Below are positions 26,126 through 35,882 of a DNA stretch of 40,000 nucleotides, one piece after another (position 1 is the first letter of the stretch; each line of letters begins with the position of its first letter). Under the pieces are notes generated by a model. The model had not been told where the DNA came from. It did no database searches and saw only the letters and a program-made list of their open reading frames with translations. This stretch comes from Calothrix brevissima NIES-22. GTDB lineage: Bacteria; Cyanobacteriota; Cyanobacteriia; Cyanobacteriales; Nostocaceae. Made by a program: the position numbers and the translations under genes. The DNA is taken from contig AP018207.1 of NCBI GenBank assembly GCA_002367995.1, forward strand, positions 7,935,366-7,975,365, in the 5' to 3' direction.

Positions 26126-27064
26126 TCAATGCTTAACTGAACTGTATTGGAATATTGGGTCTATTGCTTCTACTCGTAAGCTTGGGCTAACACGCTCTTG
26201 CAACTTGGCTTCAACGGCAACTTTCAGGGTAGCGGTACTGCTAGGACAGGAACCACAAGCACCTTGCAATACTACCTGCACGCGATCGCCATCTACATCG
26301 TAAAGTTCAATATCTCCGCCATCAGCAATTAGCAGTGGTCTAACTTCTTCATCGAGAATTTTTTGAATCAAGGCAATTTTTTGCACTGTGGTTAGCGGTC
26401 GAGAGGATTGCTCTTGAGTAGTGGTAATATTTGCCGCAATTTGGTTACTTAATTTATAGCTAGTACCAACAGCTGATTCCTGTTTCACCGTAGCGACCAG
26501 GTCATCGATATTAGCAAGGCAAGAACCGCAGCCGCCACCAGCCTTGATATAGCTTGTTACCTGTTCCGCAGTGGTGAGGCTGTTTTCTTGAATCACCCGG
26601 CGAACCTTGGCTTCGCTGATGCCAAAGCAACTACAAACTAAAGCACCTTCATCATCGTCATGGGCAACTACAGGAATACCCCGGTATTTGAAAATTGCTG
26701 CTTCTAACGCTTCTTGTCCCATCACTGAGCAGTGCATTTTGGCTTCTGGTAATCCACCTAAGTATTCAGCAATCTCTTTATTAGTGACTTTCAGCGCTGC
26801 ATCTAAGGTGAGACCTTTGATTAACTCAGTCAAAGCCGAAGAAGATGCGATCGCACTGGTACAGCCAAAAGTTTGAAACCGAGCATCAAGAATCTTATCG
26901 CTGTCTACTTCTATTTTCAGGTGCAGTCTTAAAGCATCTCCGCAAGCAATACTGCCCACTTCTCCAAAAACCACCGCTACACCTGACTCATCACTATTTT
27001 CAATTGCACCTTGGTTTTTGGGGTTGTAAAAAAGTTCTAGTACCTTATCTGTATATTCCCACAT
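26126..27064 (-). CDS. nifU: NifU Fe-S cluster scaffold
   Basis: MWEYTDKVLELFYNPKNQG IscU-like N-terminal domain, central GGGCGSC, C-terminal GACGSCPSS Nfu domain. ATG at 27064; the track start is a TTG. Confidence 0.95.
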   Translation of the reverse strand: MWEYTDKVLELFYNPKNQGAIENSDESGVAVVFGEVGSIACGDALRLHLKIEVDSDKILDARFQTFGCTSAIASSSALTELIKGLTLDAALKVTNKEIAEYLGGLPEAKMHCSVMGQEALEAAIFKYRGIPVVAHDDDEGALVCSCFGISEAKVRRVIQENSLTTAEQVTSYIKAGGGCGSCLANIDDLVATVKQESAVGTSYKLSNQIAANITTTQEQSSRPLTTVQKIALIQKILDEEVRPLLIADGGDIELYDVDGDRVQVVLQGACGSCPSSTATLKVAVEAKLQERVSPSLRVEAIDPIFQYSSVKH

Positions 27065-27068
27065 GAGC

Positions 27069-27185
27069 AATTTTAGATTTTAGATTTTGGATTTTAGATT
27101 TTGAATTTGGGCATTGGGCATTGGGCATTGGGCATGGAGTATTATTCTCTTTGTCCTCCTTGTCCCCCTTGTCTCCCTTGTCCCA
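27069..27185. repeat. three adjacent arrays (GATTTTA heptamers, GGGCATT heptamers, CCTTGTCCC nonamers) filling the nifS-nifU spacer
   Basis: Read directly. Track ORF 27045..27272 is a translation of these repeats. Confidence 0.9.
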
Positions 27186-27186
27186 A

Positions 27187-28383
27187 TCAATGAGCCAAAG
27201 CCTCTTCCCTTCCTTGCAGCCAATCAGCTTGGTCGTTATTAAAGGGAGAAATAGCGCGTAAACGTTCGACAATTGGCGGCATTACTTCTAAAACTCGGTC
27301 TATCTCGGCTTCAGTGGTGTAACGTGAAAGACTGAAGCGAATCGAACCGTGTAAAGTGGTGTATGGTAAGCCCATTGCCCGCAAAACATGGGAGGGTTCC
27401 AAAGAACCAGAAGTACAAGCGGAGCCAGAAGACGCACAGATACCGTATTGGTTGAGGGATAATAAAATCGCTTCGCCTTCGATGTATTTGAAACCGATGC
27501 TGGTGGTGTTGGGCAATCTCTGGGTAATATCACCGTTAACTTCTGTATTAGGGATTGCAGATAGTAAACCTTTTTCTAGGCGATCGCGTAATGCTTTTTC
27601 TCGTTGTATATCTTTTAAATGTACCTGAGCTAATTCCGCAGCTTTGCCTAAACCAATAATACCGGGAACATTCTCTGTACCTGCCCTGCGTCCTCTTTCT
27701 TGATGTCCACCGATTAATAGAGGACGGAACCTCACACCGCGTCTGACGTACAACGCACCCATCCCTTTGGGAGCATGGAGTTTGTGACCGGAGAGGGTGA
27801 GCATATCAATGCTGCTGGTCTTGAGGTTGAGGGGAATCTTACCTACAGCTTGCACTGCATCTACATGGAATATAGCACCTGCATCCTTTGCCCGCAACCC
27901 TATCTGCTCAATTGGGAACACCACACCGGTTTCATTATTGGCGTACATGGTGGAAACTAAAGCTGTATTCCCAGTTAAGGCGGCTTCTAGTTCCATCAAG
28001 TCAATTTGACCGTTGCGGTCTACAGAGAGGTAGGTGACTGTATAACCTTGTTTTTCCAGTTGTTTGCAGACATTGAGAATGGCTGCGTGTTCTACTTGAG
28101 TGGTGATGATGTGGCGCTTGTCTGGTTGGGCGGCTAAAGCTGCTTTGATAGCTGCGTTATTACCTTCAGTACCGCAACTGGTGAAGATAATTTCTGAATC
28201 TTCTGCACCCAATAAAGCTGCAACTTGCGCTCTCGCTTCTCTGACTGCTTTTCCTACTTGTCCGCCAAAGCTGTGCATCGAAGAAGGATTACCGTAAAAC
28301 TCGGTGAGGTAGGGCAGCATTGCCTGTATAACTTGTTCATCTACCTTGGTTGTGGCATTATTATCTAAATAAATTACATTCAT
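27187..28383 (-). CDS. nifS: NifS cysteine desulfurase
   Basis: Class V aminotransferase with SGHKLHAPKG (PLP Lys) and SSGSACTSG (active Cys). Confidence 0.95.
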   Translation of the reverse strand: MNVIYLDNNATTKVDEQVIQAMLPYLTEFYGNPSSMHSFGGQVGKAVREARAQVAALLGAEDSEIIFTSCGTEGNNAAIKAALAAQPDKRHIITTQVEHAAILNVCKQLEKQGYTVTYLSVDRNGQIDLMELEAALTGNTALVSTMYANNETGVVFPIEQIGLRAKDAGAIFHVDAVQAVGKIPLNLKTSSIDMLTLSGHKLHAPKGMGALYVRRGVRFRPLLIGGHQERGRRAGTENVPGIIGLGKAAELAQVHLKDIQREKALRDRLEKGLLSAIPNTEVNGDITQRLPNTTSIGFKYIEGEAILLSLNQYGICASSGSACTSGSLEPSHVLRAMGLPYTTLHGSIRFSLSRYTTEAEIDRVLEVMPPIVERLRAISPFNNDQADWLQGREEALAH

Positions 28384-28739
28384 GCTTCCAGACTCACCAC
28401 ATCTTGTTTACGCTGGGAAATTTGCTCGGAGATTTTGCGGGAATACAGATTAAACCAGCGTTCCCAGTAATCTGCTTGGTAAGTTCCTTTTAACTTCGCC
28501 ACTAAACGGTCGTGAGTAGCAAACCAGGATTCCCAGTAATCAGTCAGTGCTTTTACGCAGCCATCTTGTATCGGACATTCGGCGGCACATTGGGCTACAC
28601 CATAAGCACCAACACAGTTTGTACAAAGGCTAGAGTCAATCCAGTAGCGATCGCCTGCGATAATTTTAATAGCACCAGTAGGACAAGAAGATTCACAGCG
28701 ACCACAGGAAATACATTGGCGAGTAATCTTGTAAACCAT
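28380..28739 (-). CDS. fdxN: FdxN-type 2x[4Fe-4S] ferredoxin, copy 2 (uninterrupted)
   Basis: MVYKITRQCISCGRCESSCPTGAI...CTNCVG...CAAECP. 4-nt overlap with the nifS start. Confidence 0.9.
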   Translation of the reverse strand: MVYKITRQCISCGRCESSCPTGAIKIIAGDRYWIDSSLCTNCVGAYGVAQCAAECPIQDGCVKALTDYWESWFATHDRLVAKLKGTYQADYWERWFNLYSRKISEQISQRKQDVVSLEA

Positions 28740-28758
28740 GATGATTCTCTTTTTGAGC

Positions 28759-28789
28759 GGTCAACAGTCAACGGTCAACAGTCAACAGT
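28759..28789. repeat. STRR array (TCAACRG) containing the nifB-2 stop codon
   Basis: The NifB-2 tail ...EKTVDC* and its TGA are read from the heptamer array. Confidence 0.85.
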
Positions 28790-30235
28790 TTTCTCTAACC
28801 CTTTGATATACTGGTTGTAAAATTCCAAAGCCACTTTTTCGATTACGTCGTAGGCTTCAACTGTCTGTAAACCAGCTTTCTGCAATTCTTCTTGAGGACA
28901 GTGACCAATTTTAGAAACCAGAACTGCTTTGCAATCGGAGATAGCTTGAATAATGTTGTCTAAAGTCGCTTCCTCACCATATCCACTTTGACAGTAGTGG
29001 TCAATTTTGCGATGACCGACAAATTTAGCGCTGCTACCATCCACTTCGTAAACCATAAACTCTTTCGCGTGACCGAAGTGCTGGTTAACTAAACCACCGC
29101 CTTTGGTAGCGACTGCAACTAATATTTTGGGTCTGTTCTTGAGAGTTGTTGTTTGCAACGTCTCTACAGCTTTTTCTTTGGTGGCTTTGATTTCTTGTTG
29201 CGATTTCTCTATCTGTGCATGGACTTCTTGGCGTTGCTCCAAATTATATTCTGGAGCCATTTCCATGAATTTATCTTTGGTAAATTCTTGACTGCGGTCT
29301 TCACCTAATAAACCTACCGCATCGGCGCGACATTGACGACAATGGCGCATCATTTTCATATTACCAGAACATTTATCTTGTACTGTTTTCAATTCTTTAG
29401 GATTGGGGCCGCGTTGACCAGTCAAACCAAAGTGAGTACCGTGTTCTGGGGCAGAAATCAAGGGCATAATATTATGCAAGAATGCACCCTTGGAACGAAT
29501 GACTTCGTTGACTTCTACCAAGTGTTCATCGTTAATTCCCGGAATCATTACCGAGTTAACTTTGCACAGAATATCTGCTTCTTGGAGAGCTTGCAATCCT
29601 TCCATCTGCTTTTCATGCAGAATGCGGACACCTTCAATACCTTTGTAGCGTTTGCGGTTGTAGTGAACCCAAGGATAAATTTTCGCGCCGATTTCTGGGT
29701 CTACCATATTAATAGTTATGGTGACATGATCGATATTCAGTTGCTTAATCCGATCTACATAATCGGGAAGCATTAATCCGTTGGTTGATAGGCAAAGTTT
29801 GATATCTGGTGCTTTATCGGCAATTAACTCGAAGGTGCGGAAGGTTTTTTCTGGATTCGCTAGGGGATCTCCCGGGCCTGCAATTCCCAAAACTGTCATT
29901 TGGGGAATTTTTCCAGCAATCACTAAAACTTTGTGTGCTGCTTCTTCTGGTGTGAGCAATTCGCTCACTACACCAGGACGACTTTCGTTAGCACAATCAT
30001 ATTTGCGGTTGCAATAATTACATTGAATGTTGCAAGCTGGTGCAACTGCAACGTGCATCCTTGCATAGTGGTGGTGTGCTTCTTCGCTATAGCATGGATG
30101 TTTCTCAATCCGCGCTTTCATTTTTTCATCTAAGCTAGTTGTGGTATCAGTTTTGCTACTGCAACCACAACTACTAGATTTAGTTTTAGTTTCCGTGGGA
30201 GCTGATGTTAGGAGTCCTGTAGGTGGTGGTGTCAT
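28775..30235 (-). CDS. nifB: NifB, copy 2 (head of the main nif cluster)
   Basis: [14 protein letters not shown] and the full NifB core plus NifX-like C-terminal domain. Long stretches are identical in protein to copy 1. Confidence 0.95.
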   Translation of the reverse strand: MTPPPTGLLTSAPTETKTKSSSCGCSSKTDTTTSLDEKMKARIEKHPCYSEEAHHHYARMHVAVAPACNIQCNYCNRKYDCANESRPGVVSELLTPEEAAHKVLVIAGKIPQMTVLGIAGPGDPLANPEKTFRTFELIADKAPDIKLCLSTNGLMLPDYVDRIKQLNIDHVTITINMVDPEIGAKIYPWVHYNRKRYKGIEGVRILHEKQMEGLQALQEADILCKVNSVMIPGINDEHLVEVNEVIRSKGAFLHNIMPLISAPEHGTHFGLTGQRGPNPKELKTVQDKCSGNMKMMRHCRQCRADAVGLLGEDRSQEFTKDKFMEMAPEYNLEQRQEVHAQIEKSQQEIKATKEKAVETLQTTTLKNRPKILVAVATKGGGLVNQHFGHAKEFMVYEVDGSSAKFVGHRKIDHYCQSGYGEEATLDNIIQAISDCKAVLVSKIGHCPQEELQKAGLQTVEAYDVIEKVALEFYNQYIKGLEKTVDC

Positions 30236-30587
30236 TGAATTTCGCTTACCTTGGGGATAAAGGACTGGCGTTATACAAGATGCTTTTGTTCGCTCTCAGT
30301 CAAAAATTAAAGTCGCGTTTTACTGTGAGAATTGCCTATTCTAGTTAGATAAACTTAGACTTTTGGCTAGTTTTTCCGCTTGGGGGACTGGGATAAATTG
30401 GGGTTTAAAGCAGCGACTTTGATTCATAGAGATGATTGCTAGAAACTTGGATAGCGATCGCTTTTAAGTTTTTAGCAATACATTTGTGTTAGTGCTTTAA
30501 GTGTTGAGTGATACATGTTTTATTTATACCAGTCACTTGGAAAGAGGAAATTGCTGGTGTTTTTTATAATTTATTAAATTTATTACC

Positions 30588-30903
30588 CTTGTACTCAAAA
30601 TCTACAACGCAGAATTAGCAAGGTTTACGTAGATTTTAAAAAAACTTTTTAGGTATAGGTACTAGTATTTATTCCCTGGGGTACGAGTATTTATAGCGAA
30701 GGGGTTCAAGTATTTTTGTACTCGCCTAAAACTCAATACTAGCTTGAGTTTGAGTGTAATTTTAAGTTTGTTTTTGCTGTTGTTCAATCTGTACTCAGAT
30801 TGCTTGCGATCGCTCTTTTGACCGCTCTTTACTTACGTTTTTTTGAGAGAAATAACTGGAGCAGTAAGCAAACACTACCCCAGTGGCTAAGCGAAATTCA
30901 ATT
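30588..30903 (-). promoter_or_regulatory. conserved nifB-2 upstream module (same architecture as 4086..4400)
   Basis: GTACTCA/GTACTCG boxes at 30591, 30717 and 30791. GGGTAC-type units at 30657, 30679 and 30702. GCGAAATTCAATT at 30891. Confidence 0.5.
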
Positions 30904-31544
30904 CCGTATCTAAAATAACACTTTTTCCCGTAAAAAAACTATCCTTAAAATAACTTTATTGAAAATTGTGTTTCCATATACAGACGAGCTATTTTCAGAC
31001 TAGCGATTTGCGATCGCGCCACATTAGTAGAATTGGTTGTAAATACACCTTAAATGAGTTTACAGTCTTGATAAATAAAGTGTTTGGCTTACAAGCGACT
31101 TAACAGCACTAGTAGTTGAGTTACTAAATTTTTGTGCTTTTTTAGCAAGTATAGCATACACTAAGCAAAAATTTTTGCAATGCAAAGTCTGAATATTTGC
31201 ACTTTCCGGCATTAATGTATATACAGATACAGAAATTTCTAGCCAGAATAGCCTAATAGAATCTCTCTAAGAGAATATCCGATTACTTTTGAGGAAATCC
31301 GTTTTAATCCAGCGAAATAAGTGATTTTTTGGAGTTTCTTAATATAAAAGGAAAGGCAAAAATTTTCCGCCAATTAACAAAAAAATACTAGATGGTAGCT
31401 GGATATACAGAAAAAAACTTTTCTATAAATAATCTCTGTAATGACAAATGAGTAGATATAAAGATATTCAAAAACTTATGACAGAGATACCTACAAAACC
31501 CGCCTGCTGTAAGGCTTTATCTGTAGTCAATAACTACTCAATTG

Positions 31545-31661
31545 ATAGCCCGAACGATACAGTACCCATAATTAGAAAATACTAGTACCCTCATGTGAAA
31601 AAAAGTTTTTTAAATTTGTAAATTCTGATGCTATCGGAATTGATAAGAATTGAGTACAAGC
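31545..31661 (+). promoter_or_regulatory. third, inverted copy of the proximal part of the nifB upstream module, facing the nifVZT side
   Basis: The reverse complement reads GCTTGTACTCAATT...AAAAAACTTTTTTTC...GGGTACTAGTATTTT...GGGTACTGTATCG. The 14 nt GCTTGTACTCAATT is identical to 4086..4099. Confidence 0.45.
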
Positions 31662-31727
31662 TAATACAGGTACTGGTGTAGTTAGAAGCACCTGATATAA
31701 GTAATATGGGCATTGGGAATTTGTTAT

Positions 31728-31760
31728 TTGTCAGTTGTCAGTTGTCAGTTGTCAGTTGTC
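31728..31760. repeat. STRR array (TTGTCAG x4-5)
   Basis: Read directly. Track ORF 31713..31916 is a translation of it. Confidence 0.85.
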
Positions 31761-32004
31761 CTCTCTTCTGTTTTGTTCTCCTTCCCTTCTGTTGCCTTGA
31801 CGATCGCTCTTTCACCCAAAATGATATCAGCATCGAGATATGTTAACTACTATTGCAAATATGCAATGGTAATTCATAATTGTTCATCAAGCTTTTTTGT
31901 ATTAGTTGATAGTTAAGAACTAATTAAAAAATGTTTCAGTTTAGCAAGATTAATTTTCCCGCTCAGAGACTGTTTCATCACCTATCCCTTGTGAGGAAAC
32001 TACG

Positions 32005-32100
32005 ATGCTGACAATATTAATAGCAGGTATAAGTTTGATAGTTATTCCGGCAATGGTAAATACTTATTTTGGCTATTTGTTGGTCAAAGCCAAAAAGTAA
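32005..32100 (+). CDS. possible 31-aa single-TM peptide MLTILIAGISLIVIPAMVNTYFGYLLVKAKK
   Basis: Hand translation. GAGGAA sits 6 nt upstream of the ATG. Hydrophobic core with a basic C-terminus. 100 bp upstream of nifV. Conservation was not tested. Confidence 0.3.
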   Translation: MLTILIAGISLIVIPAMVNTYFGYLLVKAKK

Positions 32101-32199
32101 ATTGTAGTTAATTCACTATACCAATACCCAGCAACACACCTATGATTAAACTCAGGAACTCAGCGAAAATCTAAATTGCGACTCAAGGGGTTGTGTATT

Positions 32200-33315
32200 A
32201 TGAATGCGATCGTGATTAATGACACTACACTAAGGGATGGGGAACAAGCGGCGGGTGTTGCTTTTAATATTCAAGAAAAAGTTGCGATCGCGCAATTATT
32301 AGATGCTATTGGTGTTGCTGAATTAGAAATTGGTATCCCAGCAATGGGAGAAGTAGAAACAAAAGCGATCGCTGCAATTGCTAACTTAGGTTTAAAAGCA
32401 GAATTATTAGGCTGGAATCGGGCAAATATTAGCGATATACAGGCTTCTATTAACTGTGGGTTACAGCGCGTACATATATCTGTACCTGTCTCAGAAATAC
32501 AAATTGCAGCTAAATTTCACGGACAGTGGCGTTGTATGTTAGACAAACTCAAAGATGCTATTAGCTTTGCACGCGATCGCGGTCTTTGGGTAGCAGTAGG
32601 CGGTGAAGATTCTTCCAGAGCCAATGACAGTTTTCTCTTAGAAGTCGCCTTAAATGCTCAAGAATGGGGTGCTTCTAGATTTCGCTTTTGCGACACTGTC
32701 GGCATTCTCGATCCCTTTACTACCTATACCAAAGTTAAGCAATTGGTGACGTATTTATCGATTCCCCTAGAAATGCACACCCATAATGATTTTGGATTAG
32801 CTACAGCCAACGCCTTAGCAGGATTACAAGCGGGAGCTTTAGCGGTGAATACAACCGTGAATGGCTTAGGGGAAAGAGCCGGTAACGCCGCCTTAGAAGA
32901 AGTTGTCATGGCGCTCAAACGCATTCAAGGTATTGATTTAGGGATTGATACAACCCGCTTGTTAGAACTATCTCGCATGGTAGCTACAGCATCAGGTTGT
33001 CACGTACCACCTTGGAAAGCGATTGTTGGGGAAAATACCTTCGCTCATGAATCGGGGATTCACGCTCATGGCGTGTTGCAAAACCCCGTCACTTACGAAC
33101 CCTTTGCACCAGAAGAAGTTGGTTGGGAAAGGCGCTTAGTTGTGGGTAAACATTCAGGTAGACACTTAGTAAAAAATCTACTACAGCAACAAGGTATTGA
33201 TTTAAATCCAGAACAAACCCAATCTGTCTTAGATGCAGTCAGACAGCATTCAGTAGAGAAAAAACGCAGCCTTGATATGGAAGAACTTTTGAGTTTAGTT
33301 TCATCTCAAAAGTGA
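32200..33315 (+). CDS. nifV: homocitrate synthase
   Basis: [17 protein letters not shown] and [14 protein letters not shown] motifs. ATG at 32200 preceded by AAGGGG. The track start at 32176 is a TTG. Confidence 0.9.
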   Translation: MNAIVINDTTLRDGEQAAGVAFNIQEKVAIAQLLDAIGVAELEIGIPAMGEVETKAIAAIANLGLKAELLGWNRANISDIQASINCGLQRVHISVPVSEIQIAAKFHGQWRCMLDKLKDAISFARDRGLWVAVGGEDSSRANDSFLLEVALNAQEWGASRFRFCDTVGILDPFTTYTKVKQLVTYLSIPLEMHTHNDFGLATANALAGLQAGALAVNTTVNGLGERAGNAALEEVVMALKRIQGIDLGIDTTRLLELSRMVATASGCHVPPWKAIVGENTFAHESGIHAHGVLQNPVTYEPFAPEEVGWERRLVVGKHSGRHLVKNLLQQQGIDLNPEQTQSVLDAVRQHSVEKKRSLDMEELLSLVSSQK

Positions 33316-33320
33316 TGATA

Positions 33321-33410
33321 GTTGACGGTTGACAGTTGACGGTTGACAGTTGACAGTTGACAGTTGACGGTTGACAGTTGACAGTTGACAGTTGACAGTT
33401 GACAGTTGAC
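33321..33410. repeat. STRR array (GTTGACR x13) in the nifV-nifZ spacer
   Basis: Read directly. Confidence 0.95.
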
Positions 33411-33480
33411 TGGTAAGAAAGTGTTTAATTTGTGCGCTGAAGAAATACTTCAATTGTTAACCTAAATAAGCTAGCTTGAT

Positions 33481-33747
33481 ATGCAATTAGATGAATTAGA
33501 ACTAGATTTACCACCAGCCTTTGAAATTGGTACTAAAGTCAAAACTCGTAAGTTAATCCGTAATGATGGCACATACCCAGGGCAAGAAATTGGGGCAACT
33601 TTAGCGAAAAAGGGAGATATTGGCTACATCATCAGTATTGGTACATTTTTACAAAACTCATATATCTATGCAGTGCATTTTATTGAAAAGGGTTTAATCG
33701 TTGGTTGTCGCAAAAAAGAATTAGAAGCTGTAGAGGAAATTAAATGA
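33481..33747 (+). CDS. nifZ: NifZ
   Basis: FEIGTKVKTRKLIRNDGTYPG...GDIGYI...YAVHF pattern typical of NifZ, 88 aa. Confidence 0.9.
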   Translation: MQLDELELDLPPAFEIGTKVKTRKLIRNDGTYPGQEIGATLAKKGDIGYIISIGTFLQNSYIYAVHFIEKGLIVGCRKKELEAVEEIK

Positions 33748-33947
33748 AAGTAATGCTGCGTCAAAATGCTACTGGACAGTTAGTAGTTTATGTTGCCAAA
33801 AAAGATTTAGAAGAAGAAGTAGTTAGTCAAACAATGGGAGATGAAGGAAAGATTTTCACCTTAGCAAATGGTTGGGAATTAGCAATTCCAGATTTAGCAG
33901 AACCCTTACGTTTACCCCAGACTATTGAGGCTAAAAGATTAGCTTGA
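33744..33947 (+). CDS. nifT: NifT/FixU
   Basis: MKVMLRQNATGQLVVYVAKKDLEE...LANGWEL pattern, 67 aa. ATGA overlap with nifZ. Confidence 0.9.
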   Translation: MKVMLRQNATGQLVVYVAKKDLEEEVVSQTMGDEGKIFTLANGWELAIPDLAEPLRLPQTIEAKRLA

Positions 33948-33967
33948 AAATAGGGGTTAGGGAAGGG

Positions 33968-34081
33968 GGACAAGGAGAACAAGGGAGACGAATGACAATT
34001 GTAGAGACGCGATTCATCGCGTCTTTGCCCTAATGCCCCATGCCCAATGCCCAATGCCCAATGCCCCATGCCCCATGCCCA
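33968..34081. repeat. composite: nonamers, dispersed hairpin AGACGCGA-TTCA-TCGCGTCT (34005..34024), then ATGCCCM heptamers
   Basis: Read directly. The hairpin is identical to 14089..14108. Confidence 0.85.
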
Positions 34082-34224
34082 CTTGCCGTGAGCGAAGTCG
34101 AAGGGATGCCCAATAAAAAATCATCTTTAGAGGTGCAAAGCTTTGCATCCCTACTCATGTATTTTAAGAATATGTCATATTTCTCAGACTATATCTGGGC
34201 ATTAATGGGGATAATTGGTGTAAA

Positions 34225-35529
34225 TTGTCAAGAAATATCTATAATTCTGGTAAGGATATCAGCATTCATCGCGATCGCCGTTTCCAAGCAAGTTTAGTAG
34301 TTATACTAACTTTTGCCTTGGTAAGCTTGTTGCATTTAGTACCACTATTACAATGCTTGCTCGTCGGATTAACGGTAGTGCTGACTATGCAAATGTTCCG
34401 AATGCTGTTGTCAAAACCAATAAATCCAGTCACGGAGGACGATACTTATCTATCATTAGTATCAATTGTAGTTCCCGCCAAAAATGAAAGTGTAGTTTTA
34501 GAGGATTTAGTTCACAGCTTATTTAATGTAGACTATCCTAGCGATCGCTTAGATATTTGGATTGTTGATGATGGTAGTACCGATGACACGCCAGCGATTT
34601 TGAGCAATTTACAAACTCAATTTCCCAATTTACAAGTTTTTAACCGCCAATCAACCAATGGGAAATCAGCAGCACTGAACGCAGTTTTTCCCTGTACCAA
34701 AGGCGAAATTCTATTAATTTGTGATGCTGATGCCCAGTTACCTATAAATATTCTCCGGCGAACAGTACCTTTATTTAAAAATAAACGTATTGGTGCAGTG
34801 CAAGTGCGAAAATCAATATTCAATGTCAATACTAATTTTTTAACTCGCTGTCAACAAATGGAAATGATTTGTGATAGTTTCCTGCAAAGTCATCGCCTTG
34901 CAGTCGGCGGAATGTCTGAGTTGCGGGGGAATGGGATGTTATTACGGCGAGAATTAATAGAAAATTGTCAGGGTTGGAATGAAGACACTGTTACTGATGA
35001 TTTAGATTTCTGTTTTAAACTGTATTTAGTAGGTAGTGAAATTGAGTTTGTCACATCTTTAGCGATTCAAGAAGAAGGAGTCATCACCTGGAAACAACTA
35101 TGGCATCAACATTGTCGTTGGGCAGAAGGTGGCTATCAGCGTTTCTTAGATTATTTTCCCCAAATTTTAACTTTAGGTTGGAAAAAAGAAATCGATTTAT
35201 TATTATTTTTTCTTTTACAATTTCTCTTACCAATAGCCTTAATCCCAGATTTACTATGGTCAATATTTTATAGCGATCGCCCCGTGCTGTGGCCACTCCA
35301 GACAATACTGAGTTTAATTTTAACGTCAGCCTTCATCTCTGGACTTTACCAGTATCAAAATTTACGCGGACTGTCCTTATTGTGGGCAACTATTCAAGGT
35401 TCGCTCTACATGGTGCATTGGATACCAGTGATGATGGTAGTTACCTTAAGAATGTGCGTGCAAAAACAGCGATCGCGCTGGATTAAAACCCAGCATAGAG
35501 GAAAAAATAATTACCATAACTTTAAGTAA
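34225..35529 (+). CDS. family-2 glycosyltransferase (processive, membrane-embedded type)
   Basis: VPAKNE, VDDGSTDDT, CDADAQ and QHCRWAEG (QxxRW) motifs flanked by TM segments. The start is uncertain (track start is a TTG). Confidence 0.8.
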   Translation: MSRNIYNSGKDISIHRDRRFQASLVVILTFALVSLLHLVPLLQCLLVGLTVVLTMQMFRMLLSKPINPVTEDDTYLSLVSIVVPAKNESVVLEDLVHSLFNVDYPSDRLDIWIVDDGSTDDTPAILSNLQTQFPNLQVFNRQSTNGKSAALNAVFPCTKGEILLICDADAQLPINILRRTVPLFKNKRIGAVQVRKSIFNVNTNFLTRCQQMEMICDSFLQSHRLAVGGMSELRGNGMLLRRELIENCQGWNEDTVTDDLDFCFKLYLVGSEIEFVTSLAIQEEGVITWKQLWHQHCRWAEGGYQRFLDYFPQILTLGWKKEIDLLLFFLLQFLLPIALIPDLLWSIFYSDRPVLWPLQTILSLILTSAFISGLYQYQNLRGLSLLWATIQGSLYMVHWIPVMMVVTLRMCVQKQRSRWIKTQHRGKNNYHNFK

Positions 35530-35882
35530 ATAGCTCTGCGTGATGGAGGTTATGAAGATGTATATAATCTAGCCTGTGTAACCTCACATAAAATTGGTAT
35601 TACGCGATCGCCAGTAAAACAAATCTACCAGCATTGTTTCACAGGATCGCAACTGAAAAAGCATTTGTTTTGGCGTTATGCGGTTGTTTGGGAAAAACAT
35701 CAACAAAAATCTTAAACTGTCGTTACTAGCTCTAGGGCTGCAATGACAGGTTAAAATCTTACTTACAAAATAATTTACTTGAGCAGTTGCAGGCAATTTT
35801 CGCCAATAATCGGCATACTTAAAGAGGGAGATCACTGTAAACAACTCTCTGCTATCTGAGGCGTGAAGGTAAACCAGCGAAA

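Noticed and set aside
27045-27272. 75-aa ORF across the nifS-nifU spacer
   Set aside because: It is a pure translation of three tandem-repeat arrays (…DKGDKGDKEDKE…, PMPNAQCPN…) and overlaps the nifS 3' end.
29103-30133. Track ORFs antisense to nifB-2 (29103..29291, 29333..29776, 29781..30017, 29933..30133)
   Set aside because: Shadow ORFs opposite a conserved gene. The same pattern appears opposite nifB-1.
31205-31210. DIF1-like heterocyst promoter motif (TCCGGA)
   Set aside because: The sequence here is TCCGGC, and I could not place a convincing -10 box at a canonical spacing downstream of it. True TCCGGA hits at 1281 and inside nifB-1 (about 2699) have no promoter context.
31478-31585. 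35-aa ORF (MTEIPTKPACCKALSVVNNYSIDSPNDTVPIIRKY) in the nifB-2/nifV intergenic region
   Set aside because: It has no RBS and overlaps the inverted regulatory module, which better explains sequence conservation there.
31713-31916. 67-aa ORF in the nifB-2/nifV intergenic region
   Set aside because: The N-terminal half is the TTGTCAG heptamer array read in frame (VVSCQLSVV). It has no RBS and no motifs.
33321-33410. Whether the many tandem arrays could be CRISPR arrays
   Set aside because: Repeat period is 7-9 nt with no unique spacers and no cas genes. These are STRR-type microsatellite arrays, not CRISPR.
34040-34297. 85-aa ORF after nifT
   Set aside because: It begins inside ATGCCCM heptamers (MPNAQCPMPHAPCP) and overlaps the start region of the glycosyltransferase gene.
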